Below, in pieces: positions 1 through 9,145 of a stretch of 64,000 nucleotides of DNA. The DNA is from Nitrospinota bacterium. GTDB taxonomy: Bacteria > UBA8248. The stretch covers positions 1 through 64,000 of the forward strand of contig JASLZZ010000079.1 of assembly GCA_030754595.1 (NCBI GenBank), read 5' to 3'. The notes beneath the pieces are model-generated. The model was not told the origin of the DNA, did no database searches, and saw only the letters and a program-made list of their open reading frames with translations. The first letter of the stretch is position 1. Each line of letters begins with the position of its first letter. The position numbers and the translations under genes are program-made.

Positions 1-593
1 GTGTTATGGCGCTGAAGCTCGCGGCATATCACATGGCACGGAAAAATCAGGTCATTGGCGTTGACCCCGGCGTCGATGCTGGGCGCGTCCTGGCCAATGT
101 TCACGACGCCGCACTCGCGGTAGAGAAAGTCCGCCGCCTCACGTCCCAGCCCCGGATACTCGGAGATGTATTCCTCCCGAGGAAACGTCCGGCGGTAGTG
201 GCCCCCCGTAAAAAGGAGCGTACCTTCCTTCGGCGGGGTGAGATTCCGCTTGGTGAGTTCGTCCTGGAGAAGTTGGAGTGAGATTTCCTGCTTGGGCTCG
301 ACCTGCCCGGTAAAATCCAGCGCGACACCACGCGTGAGGAACATCGACAGAGGCGACTGATCGATATTCGGGGCGGTCTCGCGTTCGTCGATATGGCTCA
401 CCGAATCGGTGTGGGTAGGACCGTGATCGCACATGTGGAGCATCATCGCCGCGTAGGTAATGTCCTTGGGTTTGATGGGGGCGTTTTCCATGTCTTCGTG
501 ACGGGCGATGTATTCGATTTTCGTGGCCGGGTGCCCCCGAAAACGAGGGGCATCCGTGTAAATTTCCTGGCTGAGATCGACAATCTCGTACAT
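1..593 (-). CDS. Cyclase family metal-dependent hydrolase (kynurenine formamidase KynB-like), truncated at window edge
   Basis: Not in the ORF track. Manual translation from ATG at 593 (GGAGG RBS upstream) gives MYEIVDLSQEIYTDAPRFRGHP...DHGPTHTDSVSH...NIGQDAPSID...PCHVICRE, matching the HxGTHxDxPxH-type motif and the later G-D-x-x-S-x-D motif. Open to position 1. Confidence 0.85.
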   Translation of the reverse strand, partial: MYEIVDLSQEIYTDAPRFRGHPATKIEYIARHEDMENAPIKPKDITYAAMMLHMCDHGPTHTDSVSHIDERETAPNIDQSPLSMFLTRGVALDFTGQVEPKQEISLQLLQDELTKRNLTPPKEGTLLFTGGHYRRTFPREEYISEYPGLGREAADFLYRECGVVNIGQDAPSIDAGVNANDLIFPCHVICRELQRHN

Positions 594-677
594 GATTCCC
601 CTCCTGTTCGATTGAATTCCGAAAACGATGGCTCCCCCAAGCTCTTGCCAGAGCTCTTGAATCCTTTTTTTCCCGGA

Positions 678-1922
678 TCAGCCGACGCCGCCCACCGTAT
701 TGCCGCTCGAAGCGGGCCCCTCGAGCTCGGGAAGCACCTTGGTCATGAAGGTTTCAAGCTCATGGATGACTTCGTCCTTGGGCTGTTGAGCGTAATGCCA
801 GATCAGCGTGATGTACTCGGCGGGAACCACCTTGTAGGAATCCACGAATTGCCGAGTGAGTTGGTCGAGAGTACCGCCGTGGAAAATACCGCTGTCCTTG
901 ATGTTTTGGACCCAGTCGATGCTCTCCGTATCGTCCGGGAACTGCGGGAAAAACGGAACGTAGAAGTTTTGATAAATGTCCTGATCGTAACTGCGCAGCT
1001 TTTCGTCGTACTCTTTCTCGGAGCCGGCCACATGAATCCACCGGCACATGTTCTGACGCTCTCCGAGCGCCCAACCGTGGCCAGCCTTTTTGCCCTCCTC
1101 GACATAGAGGCGGCTAAACTCCTCCATCTTTTCGAGTTTTGTGAAATAAGTGGGGCGGAAGCCCCGCTGAGCCGCGAACCGGATGGAATCGGCGCTGGCG
1201 CTAACCGCCTGAAAGATAGGAGGATGAGGGTACTGATAGGGGGCGGGGCACACACCCACCCGCCGCACCCGGCCCTCGTCGTCGATTTCGCCATCCACAC
1301 CCGCGCTCTTGGCGCTCTTCCAGGCCGGGTACTCGGTGCCGTCCTTGATCGGATAGGGGGCCTGATAATACTTGCCGTCGAGGACAAGCGAGTCCTCGGC
1401 CCAGCACTTGAGGAGCATCTCCATGCGCTCCTCGAAAATATCGCGGTTCTTGATGTCGTCCTTCCCGCCTATATACCGCGAGACCGCCGCCACCGAATCG
1501 TTGGCCTGGCCCAGGATGTTCGCCCAGCGCGACTGGTAACCCCGCGCGACGCCGACGAAAAATTTTCCCTTGGTGATGTGGTCGAGGATAGCGCACTCCT
1601 CGGCCACGCGGATCGGGTCCTGGGTCGCCATGACGTAGCCCAGCGCCCCCACTCGGGCGTTTTTCACGTGGGAGGCCCACCAGGCGTTCAATATCCCCGG
1701 GTTGGGCCCCACCTCATAACCCTCTGTGTGGAGATGGTGCTCGATGGTGCTGATTCCCCAGCAGCCGAGTTGGTCCGCCGCCCTTACGATGTCCAGCCAG
1801 TCGTGGAGCACCTTGTTGTAGATCTCTTTGTTGCGCCCGAGCGGCCGCTTACTTTCGCGGTCCTTCCGATCTTTGGCGGGAAGCATCGGGTAGAGCTGAA
1901 GGATTACTTTGGGCTTGGGCAT
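678..1922 (-). CDS. LLM class flavin-dependent oxidoreductase (luciferase-like monooxygenase)
   Basis: 414 aa; EHH motif, DPIRVAEECAILDHITKGKFFVGVARGYQ, PYQYPHPPIFQA; GGAGG RBS. Confidence 0.85.
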   Translation of the reverse strand: MPKPKVILQLYPMLPAKDRKDRESKRPLGRNKEIYNKVLHDWLDIVRAADQLGCWGISTIEHHLHTEGYEVGPNPGILNAWWASHVKNARVGALGYVMATQDPIRVAEECAILDHITKGKFFVGVARGYQSRWANILGQANDSVAAVSRYIGGKDDIKNRDIFEERMEMLLKCWAEDSLVLDGKYYQAPYPIKDGTEYPAWKSAKSAGVDGEIDDEGRVRRVGVCPAPYQYPHPPIFQAVSASADSIRFAAQRGFRPTYFTKLEKMEEFSRLYVEEGKKAGHGWALGERQNMCRWIHVAGSEKEYDEKLRSYDQDIYQNFYVPFFPQFPDDTESIDWVQNIKDSGIFHGGTLDQLTRQFVDSYKVVPAEYITLIWHYAQQPKDEVIHELETFMTKVLPELEGPASSGNTVGGVG

Positions 1923-2045
1923 GAAACGCCTCCCTCTAGATTATTTATTTCACTTCGACCATCAATGCGCCGAATGGGGAACCACAGCATAGAACATGCC
2001 GGGTCCTCCGCGGATGGGGTGGGTCGGACAAGTGGTATGGGGCGT

Positions 2046-2073
2046 ATTATAAGAAAGCTTGTCACCGAGTCAA
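2046..2073 (-). promoter_or_regulatory. Putative sigma70 promoter for LLM/cyclase genes
   Basis: TTGACT-N16-TATAAT on the minus strand. Confidence 0.55.
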
Positions 2074-2202
2074 TAAAAATGAGCCGGGCGCTAGAAGGAG
2101 CCCGCTCGTCCGGGCCGCTCTTTCGCTTAAAGGCCAAGGCCTAAAGACCCAAGCGAACGAGCGCCTCGGCTCCGATGTGGCCCCGCGTCTCTCGTCCTTC
2201 AC

Positions 2203-3882
2203 TTAATACGGCGGGGTCGGCCTATAGGTCGTCGCTACGTCGATGATGGCGGGCACCCCGGCGGCGAGCGCCCGCTTAAGGGCCGGCGCCAGCTGGCCGG
2301 GCTCCTCCACCCGAATCCCCAGTCCACCGCAAGCGCCTGCAATCTCGGCGAAATCGGGGCTCTTGAATTCGCAACCGTAGGCCTCGCCGTAAAGCCTCTC
2401 CTGCTGGCCCACCATCTGCGAAAACGCTCCGTCGTTGAAAACCACGAAGACAGCATTCGCGCCGTACTCGCAGGCGGTGACGAAATCCCCTATGGTCATC
2501 AGGAACGCCCCGTCACCCGAAATCCCGACAACCTGCCTGCCGGGGTTCTCCAGCTTCGCGACAATCGCCGTCGGCAGACAATAAGACATGGCGTTCCAGA
2601 CGCCCGACTGCAAAAACGATTCGGGGTTGGTGAGGGGAAGATAATACCGCCCCCACATCTGGCAATTTCCGACATCGCTCACCACCACGGCGTCCGGGGC
2701 GATGGTTTTCGCGATCGTCTCGACGATGAAGCCCGGATGAACGGGCACATCATCTCGGTCTCCATCGATGAAGGTCCGGACCGACTCCCTGAACTCGGCC
2801 CGGATCCGGGCGATCTCTCTTTTGACCTCCTCGCCGCCGGGCCGGCTCTCCCCTTTCAAGCGCTCGAGAAGCGCCGCCAGAAACAGTTTCGGATCCGCGA
2901 CGATCTCGTCCTTCCTCGAATAGTTCTCGTCCTCGGCGTCGTCGAATCCGACGAGGATGCTTTCCCCGGGAGCGCGTTCATTTAAAAAGACGGTTTCCGC
3001 GGTCGATGCCCTGACCCCGACCGACAAGAGAAGGTCGGCCCCCTCCATAACGTAATCGAACCGGGGGTCCGACCGGGTGGCGATGAAATGGCCCGCCGCG
3101 AGAGGATGATCGTCGGGAATAATGCCCATGGAGTCCTGAGGATAAACGACGGGGGCCGAAAGAATCTCGGCGATTTCCAGCAGTTCCTTCATCCCCCTCT
3201 TCCGCATGACACCCTTGCCCGCACAGATGACGGGAGCCTTGGCGGAGAGAAGCCGAAGAGCGATTTGCTCGATGTCCTCGCCGGAGGGCTCGATCACCTC
3301 CACACCCTCCGATTGATAGGCCGGAAGGGAAACGGGATCGGCCTGTAGGATATAAGGCTCGTAGTCCGAGAGGCGGGGGAACTCGACATGAACCGGCCCC
3401 GGCCTTCCGCTCTGGCAAATGCGGAACGCCTTGGCCATGGTGGCGGGAATATCCTCGATGCGCTCGATGCGGGCGCTCCATTTCGTCACGTTGCGGCACA
3501 TCTCCTGGGTGAACGCGGGATTATCGACCCCGTGAAACGCCTCGCGCGTAGCCTTGAGGGGAATCCCCCCCGTCAAATGAACCACCGGCGAGGCGGCTCC
3601 GTAGGCCTGGGCCAGGCCGGCCACGGAATTGGCCACACCGGGCCCCGCCGTCAGCAGGCAGACACCCGGCTTTCCGGTGAGGCGGCCGTAGGCGTCGGCC
3701 ATCAGGGAGACGTTCGGCTCCATCTTGCAAGTAATGAGGTTGATGGAGGGCGCATCCCGTAACCCATCGTAGAACTGAAGAACGTGAGAGCCGGGAACGC
3801 AAAACATTTTCTCGACGTTTTCCCTGACAAGAGCGTCCACAACGATCTGTCCGGTGTGAACCTGCTGCGAATCTCTCCCCAC
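2203..3882 (-). CDS. Thiamine pyrophosphate-binding enzyme (acetolactate synthase-like superfamily)
   Basis: MADAYGRLTGKPGVCLLTAGPG, SGRPGPVHVEFP, GDGAF...ND TPP motif. Start moved to GTG 3882 (AGGAGG RBS) because the track ORF overlaps tRNA-Asp. Confidence 0.88.
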   Translation of the reverse strand: MGRDSQQVHTGQIVVDALVRENVEKMFCVPGSHVLQFYDGLRDAPSINLITCKMEPNVSLMADAYGRLTGKPGVCLLTAGPGVANSVAGLAQAYGAASPVVHLTGGIPLKATREAFHGVDNPAFTQEMCRNVTKWSARIERIEDIPATMAKAFRICQSGRPGPVHVEFPRLSDYEPYILQADPVSLPAYQSEGVEVIEPSGEDIEQIALRLLSAKAPVICAGKGVMRKRGMKELLEIAEILSAPVVYPQDSMGIIPDDHPLAAGHFIATRSDPRFDYVMEGADLLLSVGVRASTAETVFLNERAPGESILVGFDDAEDENYSRKDEIVADPKLFLAALLERLKGESRPGGEEVKREIARIRAEFRESVRTFIDGDRDDVPVHPGFIVETIAKTIAPDAVVVSDVGNCQMWGRYYLPLTNPESFLQSGVWNAMSYCLPTAIVAKLENPGRQVVGISGDGAFLMTIGDFVTACEYGANAVFVVFNDGAFSQMVGQQERLYGEAYGCEFKSPDFAEIAGACGGLGIRVEEPGQLAPALKRALAAGVPAIIDVATTYRPTPPY

Positions 3883-3895
3883 TCGATTCCCTCCT

Positions 3896-3925
3896 AAAAA
3901 AATACCGCCGGGGAATTCCCGGCGG
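3896..3925 (-). terminator. Intrinsic terminator after tRNA-Asp
   Basis: CCGCCGGG-AATTC-CCCGGCGG hairpin followed by TATTTTTTT on the minus strand. Confidence 0.75.
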
Positions 3926-3937
3926 CAAGAAAATACT

Positions 3938-4014
3938 TGGCGGGGCTGACGGGGATCGAACCCGCGATCTCCGGCTTGACAGGCCGGCGCGATAACCATC
4001 TTCGCTACAGCCCC
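3938..4014 (-). tRNA. tRNA-Asp(GTC)
   Basis: GGGGCTG/CAGCCCC acceptor stem, CCGGC-CTGTCAA-GCCGG anticodon arm, GGTTCGATCC T-loop, CCA end. Confidence 0.96.
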
Positions 4015-4049
4015 GCATATTTTTTTCACCGATAGGTCGGGCGAGTCAG

Positions 4050-4078
4050 TTTATAAGCCGCTCCCTTTCCCAAGTCAA
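4050..4078 (-). promoter_or_regulatory. Putative sigma70 promoter of tRNA-Asp
   Basis: TTGACT-N17-TATAAA. Confidence 0.6.
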
Positions 4079-4128
4079 TAGCTCCGGGCAGCCACGCGCC
4101 ATCGGGGAAATACGGGACAACTAATTGA

Positions 4129-5208
4129 TTATAATGCGTTTGAGCCTTCAACGAGGGGGGAAATGCTCTCCCCCTCGGCCAGCCGAACGACGCCGCGCTC
4201 GGTGATGAGACCGTCCACCAGGGCGGCGGGCGTCACATCGAAAGCGGGGTTGAAAACCTCGACCTCCTCCGGGGCGATCAATTCTCCGCCGACCCGGCGG
4301 ACCTCCTCCGGGGAGCGCTCCTCAATCGGAATCCCGGCCCCGTTCGGAGTGTCCATATCGATTGTGCTAAGCGGAGCCGCCACATAAAAAGGAATCTTGT
4401 GCGCCCGCGAGAGGATCGCAACCCCGTAGGTGCCGATCTTGTTCGCCACATCGCCGTTCGCGGCCACCCGGTCGGCTCCGACTACCACCGCGCCAATCCG
4501 GCCGAGGTGCATGCAGTAGGCCGCCATATTGTCGGTGATCAACACGACCGGAATATCGTCGCGGCTGAGTTCCCAGGCCGTCAGCCTGGCCCCCTGGAGG
4601 AACGGGCGCGTTTCGTCCACGAACACCCGGCTTACCTTTCCGTCCCGGAATCCGCTCCTGATCACACCGGTCGCGGTGCCGTACCCCGCCGTGGCCAACG
4701 CCCCCGCGTTGCAGTGGGTGAGGATGCTCGAACCCGGCGGAAGCAGGGCCGCGCCGTGGTCCCCAATCCGGCGGCAGATGGCGATATCCTCGCGGTGGGT
4801 TTCATGGGCGAGCCCGAGGAGCTTCTCCGCCAGCGGTTTTCCCGTGGACCCGCTCTCCCTGGCCGCCGCGCGGAATCGTTTTATCGCCCAAAACAGGTTC
4901 ACCGCCGTCGGCCGGGTGGCGGCGAGTTGTTCGGCCGCGGCATCGAGGGCAGCGGCCTGATCGGAAGGGCTCATTTCCGCGCTTCTCGCGGCTGCAATCG
5001 CCATTCCGTAGGAGGCGGCGATGCCGATGGCCGGAGCCCCACGAATCACCATCGTGCGAATGGCGTCCGCCACCTCTGCCTCGGTCCGGCACTCGACGTA
5101 GCTCTCCTCCCCGGGCAGGCGGCGCTGATCGATCAGATGAAGCGCGCCGTCCCGGTATTCCAATGTGTGAAAATTTCCATCGGATTCCAAGATCATCTCC
5201 AAACGCAC
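4129..5208 (-). CDS. mtnA: S-methyl-5-thioribose-1-phosphate isomerase
   Basis: IRGAPAIG, TRPTAVNLFWA, THCNAGALAT, DETRPFLQGARLTAWEL, ANKIGTY, NPAFDVTP; start approximate. Confidence 0.95.
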   Translation of the reverse strand: MRLEMILESDGNFHTLEYRDGALHLIDQRRLPGEESYVECRTEAEVADAIRTMVIRGAPAIGIAASYGMAIAAARSAEMSPSDQAAALDAAAEQLAATRPTAVNLFWAIKRFRAAARESGSTGKPLAEKLLGLAHETHREDIAICRRIGDHGAALLPPGSSILTHCNAGALATAGYGTATGVIRSGFRDGKVSRVFVDETRPFLQGARLTAWELSRDDIPVVLITDNMAAYCMHLGRIGAVVVGADRVAANGDVANKIGTYGVAILSRAHKIPFYVAAPLSTIDMDTPNGAGIPIEERSPEEVRRVGGELIAPEEVEVFNPAFDVTPAALVDGLITERGVVRLAEGESISPLVEGSNAL

Positions 5209-5244
5209 ACCACGAAATGGGGAAACTGCCAGAGGCGTTTAATG

Positions 5245-5550
5245 TCAGGAGGTTTTTTCAATCAACGAAACCAGTTGGCTTTCCAGCGCGGAAGGATCGG
5301 CGCAGTCGATTCGAATCCGCTTTCGCCTGGAGCTCGCTCCCGAAACGATTTCGACAGTGCTTTTGGGTATCCGGAAGGCTTTGGCCAGCACTTCCACGCA
5401 CTGCTTGTTCGCCGCTCCATCCACCGGCGGCGAGGTCAGCCGGACACTCAGGGCGCCGCCCCGCGCTCCCTCGACGGCGGCCTTCGATGAGCGGGGTTGA
5501 ACCGCCACCTCGAAACTCAGGGCGCCGACATCCCGGCGAACGGGAATCAC
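5245..5550 (-). CDS. DUF167/YggU family protein
   Basis: VQPRSSK...SPPVDGAANK...SGASSRRK; typical position after divIVA/yggT. Confidence 0.88.
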   Translation of the reverse strand: MIPVRRDVGALSFEVAVQPRSSKAAVEGARGGALSVRLTSPPVDGAANKQCVEVLAKAFRIPKSTVEIVSGASSRRKRIRIDCADPSALESQLVSLIEKTS

Positions 5551-6101
5551 TTCCCCTTGCTTTCCGCCTTGTGTTTGATGGGAACCACCTTCGCGCCCTC
5601 GTCATCCGAGATTTTCGGAATTTCGATTCCCAGGCGATCCGCCTCGTTTTCGAGAAGGCGTGTCTGCATGTGAAGCACCTCGGCGAGGTTCTGGACGGTT
5701 CTTTCCCTCAATTTATCGAGCGCGGCCACCTCGTCCTTCAGGCGGCGGGAGTTCCATTCCGACTCCTGCCGAATGCGGGAGGCGTCCTCCTCGGCCTGGG
5801 TGACCACCCTCTCGGCTTCGGCCTTTGAATTTTCGAGCAACTGCCCGGACTGGGACTGCGTTTCCTCTCTGAGAGCGGTCACGGCCTGAAGGCTCTTTTC
5901 GATCCGGCCCTCGCGGCCCACCATTTTGCTCACCTTGCGCGAGAGCTGGGCGCATTTTTCGCTCAACTCCTCGTTGGCCGCGTTTAGGTGGTCCATCTCG
6001 TCGGCCACGAACTGGAGAAATGCATTTACATCGAGCGTGTCGTAGCCGCGCATTTTTCTGGGAAAATCCTGTTTCCTGATATCGCCGCCGGTCAACTTCA
6101 T
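5547..6101 (-). CDS. divIVA: DivIVA domain-containing protein
   Basis: MKLTGGDIRKQDFPRKMRGYDTLDVNAFL N-terminal DivIVA motif followed by coiled coil. Confidence 0.85.
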   Translation of the reverse strand: MKLTGGDIRKQDFPRKMRGYDTLDVNAFLQFVADEMDHLNAANEELSEKCAQLSRKVSKMVGREGRIEKSLQAVTALREETQSQSGQLLENSKAEAERVVTQAEEDASRIRQESEWNSRRLKDEVAALDKLRERTVQNLAEVLHMQTRLLENEADRLGIEIPKISDDEGAKVVPIKHKAESKGK

Positions 6102-6128
6102 TCTTTAGTCCCCCCCGCCTGGTTTCCC

Positions 6129-6425
6129 TCAACGCAACAGTTGAGAGATTTCGTAAAGGCTTCTGACCAAAAAGCTCTGTAGAAATAAAATTCCGAGAAG
6201 AACCGCGATGGCGCTGATGTCGAGTCCGCCGAAATTAGGCAACCGGGCGCGGACGGGAGCGAGAACCGGCTCGGTCAGGCGGTAGAGAATCTCGACAATG
6301 GGATTGTTGGGATCGGGATTCACCCATGAAATCAGCGCCCGGATGATAATAATCCACATATAAAGGGTCAAAATATAGCCGATAAGTGTCGCGGAGGCGC
6401 TGATAAAATTCGAGAGCAAGAACAC
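6129..6425 (-). CDS. yggT: YggT family membrane protein
   Basis: LYMWIIIIRALISWVNPDPNNPIVEILYRLTEPVLAP...GLDIS; start set to GTG 6425 (98 aa). Confidence 0.9.
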   Translation of the reverse strand: MFLLSNFISASATLIGYILTLYMWIIIIRALISWVNPDPNNPIVEILYRLTEPVLAPVRARLPNFGGLDISAIAVLLGILFLQSFLVRSLYEISQLLR

Positions 6426-6453
6426 GAAAAACCCCTTTCGCCGAACCAGCCGC

Positions 6454-7266
6454 CTAGCCGGCCCCCAGCTCTTTACTTCGTTTCGAGGCGGCCATGACGG
6501 CATCGATGACGGCGGCCCGGAGGCCCCCTTTTTCGAGGGCATGGAGGCCTACGATGGTCGTCCCTCCCGGAGAGGCGACCATATCCTTTAAACGGCCGGG
6601 ATGCTCGTTCAGATCGAGCACCATTTTGGCCGAGCCCATGACGGTCTGAGCGGCCAGCATCATCGCCTTGTCACGCGGCAGACCGGAGCACACCCCGCCG
6701 TCCGCCAGGGCTTCGATAAACTGGAACACGTAGGCGGGACCGCTCCCCGAAAGGCCGGTCACGGCGTCCATCAGGGACTCGGGAACCTCCACCGCGCGGC
6801 CCACGGACTCGAGCATCTTGACGGCGGCGGCGAGATCTTCCGCGGTCGCGGCCCCACCGGCGCACACCCCGGCCGCGCCCGTGGCGACGAGGGCCGGCGT
6901 GTTCGGCATGACGCGGATGACGCGGGCGGCCTCACCGAAGGCTTTGGTGTAGCGGGTGGTGGGGACACCGGCGACGATGGAGACGAGGAGGTGGTCCGCC
7001 ACCGAAACCTCGCCGTCGAGCTGGGCCAGGGCGGAGCCGAGGTCCTGGGGCTTCACGGCGAAGAGAACGGTCCCGGCGCCGCGAACGGCATCGGGTCCGT
7101 TGTCCACGACCCGGTAGCCGTCCGACTTGAGGTGTTCGCGGCGCGCCTCGAGGGGCTCGGCGAGGACAATCCGCTCGCGGGAGGCATGGCCGGCCTTGAC
7201 CATCCCTCCGGCGAGGGCCTCGCCCATGTTTCCACCACCGATGATTGCGATCTGCTCAGAATCCAT
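6454..7266 (-). CDS. proC: Pyrroline-5-carboxylate reductase
   Basis: IGGGNMG, RVMPNTP, DAVTGLSGSGPAY, VASPGGTT. Confidence 0.97.
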   Translation of the reverse strand: MDSEQIAIIGGGNMGEALAGGMVKAGHASRERIVLAEPLEARREHLKSDGYRVVDNGPDAVRGAGTVLFAVKPQDLGSALAQLDGEVSVADHLLVSIVAGVPTTRYTKAFGEAARVIRVMPNTPALVATGAAGVCAGGAATAEDLAAAVKMLESVGRAVEVPESLMDAVTGLSGSGPAYVFQFIEALADGGVCSGLPRDKAMMLAAQTVMGSAKMVLDLNEHPGRLKDMVASPGGTTIVGLHALEKGGLRAAVIDAVMAASKRSKELGAG

Positions 7267-7396
7267 CCCGCGCTCCCGGAAAATAAAATAGTGAAACCCC
7301 TAACACATTGAGACTACTGGATTCGCGGGCTCAAGACAATATAGGAGCCCAGCGGAGGGAACCGGGGGCGGCGACGGGGGAGCAGGTGCGGTGAAA

Positions 7397-8101
7397 TCAA
7401 GCTGGGGGCCGGGGTCCGAAAATAGCCGTGCCGACCCGGACCGAGGTGGCGCCCTCCTCGATGGCCACCTCAAAGTCGGCGGACATCCCCATCGAGAGGC
7501 CCCGGACCGTGGCGTGTCCCGCGGCGAGTGCGGTGTCTCGAATTTCCCGTAATTTCATGAAGTGCGGGCGGCTCTCCCCGGGGCTTCGCCCCAGCGGAGG
7601 GATGCACATCAGGCCCACCGCCCGAAGGGCGCCGAGCTCCATGATATTATCGAGGAATACCGGGATATCGCCGGGATCGAGTCCGCCCTTCTGGGGTTCA
7701 TCCCCGGTATCTACCTGGATATAGATATCGAGCGGCCCTCCTCCCGCGCCCTCAATCCGGCGGGCGAGTTCGCGGGCAAGGGCAAGCGAATCAACCGACT
7801 CCACCACATCAAAGAGCCCCGGAACCTGCCGAGCTTTGTTCCGCTGGAGCGAGCCGATGAGATGCCACTTCGCCCGCGCCGCCAACTCCAGGCCTATCAT
7901 GTCGCGTTTTTCCCGCGCCTCCTGCACGCGGTTTTCCCCCAAAATCCGAACACCCCCCTCGATAGCCTCCGCGACGACCTCGGGGGATTGGGTCTTACTT
8001 ACAGAAACAAGATCAATATCCTCCGGCCGCCGCCCCGCACTTTCCGCCGCCCGCGCAACTCGTTCTAGAACATGCTCTAAGCGAACCCGGTCGAACCCCA
8101 T
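7397..8101 (-). CDS. yggS: YggS family pyridoxal phosphate homeostasis protein
   Basis: VSKT, GENRVQE, WHLIGSLQRNK, LSMGMSADF, VRVGTAIFG. Confidence 0.95.
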   Translation of the reverse strand: MGFDRVRLEHVLERVARAAESAGRRPEDIDLVSVSKTQSPEVVAEAIEGGVRILGENRVQEAREKRDMIGLELAARAKWHLIGSLQRNKARQVPGLFDVVESVDSLALARELARRIEGAGGGPLDIYIQVDTGDEPQKGGLDPGDIPVFLDNIMELGALRAVGLMCIPPLGRSPGESRPHFMKLREIRDTALAAGHATVRGLSMGMSADFEVAIEEGATSVRVGTAIFGPRPPA

Positions 8102-8125
8102 TCCCCCTCCTCCGAAACTCTCGAG

Positions 8126-8932
8126 CTAAACAATACCGATAACAGAGAGGAGCCGTCCCGTTGGCGATCCGTCCCGGCGATAGGAGAAGAACCTGGCGGA
8201 CTCGGAAAACGTGCAATATGAGGTATACCCGATGCGCTCTTCTGAGAGGCCGGCCGAAACAAGCTGGCTCCTGGCAACTTGAGGCAGGTCCAGAAACCAC
8301 TTTCCGCCCATGATCGGAATGCAAAAATCCCTCCACTGGAGGTACTTCTGCTGGAACGGCGGAATGCACTCATCGCCCACCTCGTAGCATTTACCCGATA
8401 TCGCGGGCCCAAGGACGGCAACCAAGTTCTCCGCATCACTTTCAAAACACTCCTTCATCCGCAGGACAACGGCCTCCAAGACCCCGGATGCCAACCCTCG
8501 CCGTCCTGCATGCACTGCCGCAACAGCACACTTCACTGGATCGGCCACCAGTACAGGGAGGCAATCCGCCGTTTGAACAGCGGCAAAAATACCCGGGGCA
8601 TTGGTCACTATACCGTCCGCCGCGACAACTCCGTCCTCCGGTATATCGCAGGCATTAACCACTTTCGCTCCGTGGACCTGCTTCACCTCCACCACCTTTG
8701 TTGGTTTCATCCCCGATGCTTCGAAAAACCGGCGGCGATTCTCTTTGACATGGGCCGGGTCCTCTCCCTCCGAAGGACCTAGATTGAGTGAGCGGAAAGG
8801 CTCCTTACTCATTCCCCCCCGGCGAGTGCTGAAAGCATGCCGCAAAAAAAGAAAGTCACTAAATAAGGGCGAAAAAAGAAATTCCACACCTCTTTCTTCG
8901 TGAATTTCAAGATTTTTCATGAGGCATCTCAT
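8126..8932 (-). CDS. pgeF: Peptidoglycan editing factor PgeF (YfiH family)
   Basis: HAFSTRRGG, QVHG, TADCLPVL, AVHAG, FFSYRR; directly downstream of ftsZ. Confidence 0.92.
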   Translation of the reverse strand: MRCLMKNLEIHEERGVEFLFSPLFSDFLFLRHAFSTRRGGMSKEPFRSLNLGPSEGEDPAHVKENRRRFFEASGMKPTKVVEVKQVHGAKVVNACDIPEDGVVAADGIVTNAPGIFAAVQTADCLPVLVADPVKCAVAAVHAGRRGLASGVLEAVVLRMKECFESDAENLVAVLGPAISGKCYEVGDECIPPFQQKYLQWRDFCIPIMGGKWFLDLPQVARSQLVSAGLSEERIGYTSYCTFSESARFFSYRRDGSPTGRLLSVIGIV

Positions 8933-9054
8933 TACAAGCAGTGATCCAAAGGTCCCGGTGTGACCTTATTTCTTCATCATACCGAAATCGATATGAAAAT
9001 ACAGTTTGTCTACCAGATTAATATTTTTATGGCCTCTTTACACAAAGGGGGGGA

Positions 9055-9079
9055 GCCAGGGGGGACAAGCCCCCCTGGC
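9055..9079 (-). terminator. Strong hairpin downstream of ftsZ (possible terminator or stability element)
   Basis: GCCAGGGGGG-CTTGT-CCCCCCTGGC 10-bp stem; U-tract weak. Confidence 0.45.
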
Positions 9080-9145
9080 GCTCTTGGAGAGGATGATTCG
9101 CCGTCTTTTTGGAAGAGGACCTTCCATGAACGGCGAAGGGGAAGG

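Noticed and set aside
393..2144. 583-aa plus-strand ORF (and similar long antisense ORFs such as 13613-14890, 37194-38405, 60092-62602)
   Set aside because: Antisense shadows of well-supported minus-strand genes in GC-rich DNA; no recognisable motifs.
3883..4029. N-terminal extension of the TPP enzyme in the ORF track
   Set aside because: It overlaps tRNA-Asp and its terminator; a good RBS and GTG exist at 3882.
9008..9040. Possible dif site in AT-rich DNA near ftsZ (ATTAATATTTTTATGG)
   Set aside because: The spacer is 5 nt rather than 6 and the XerD arm does not match TTATGTTAAAT.
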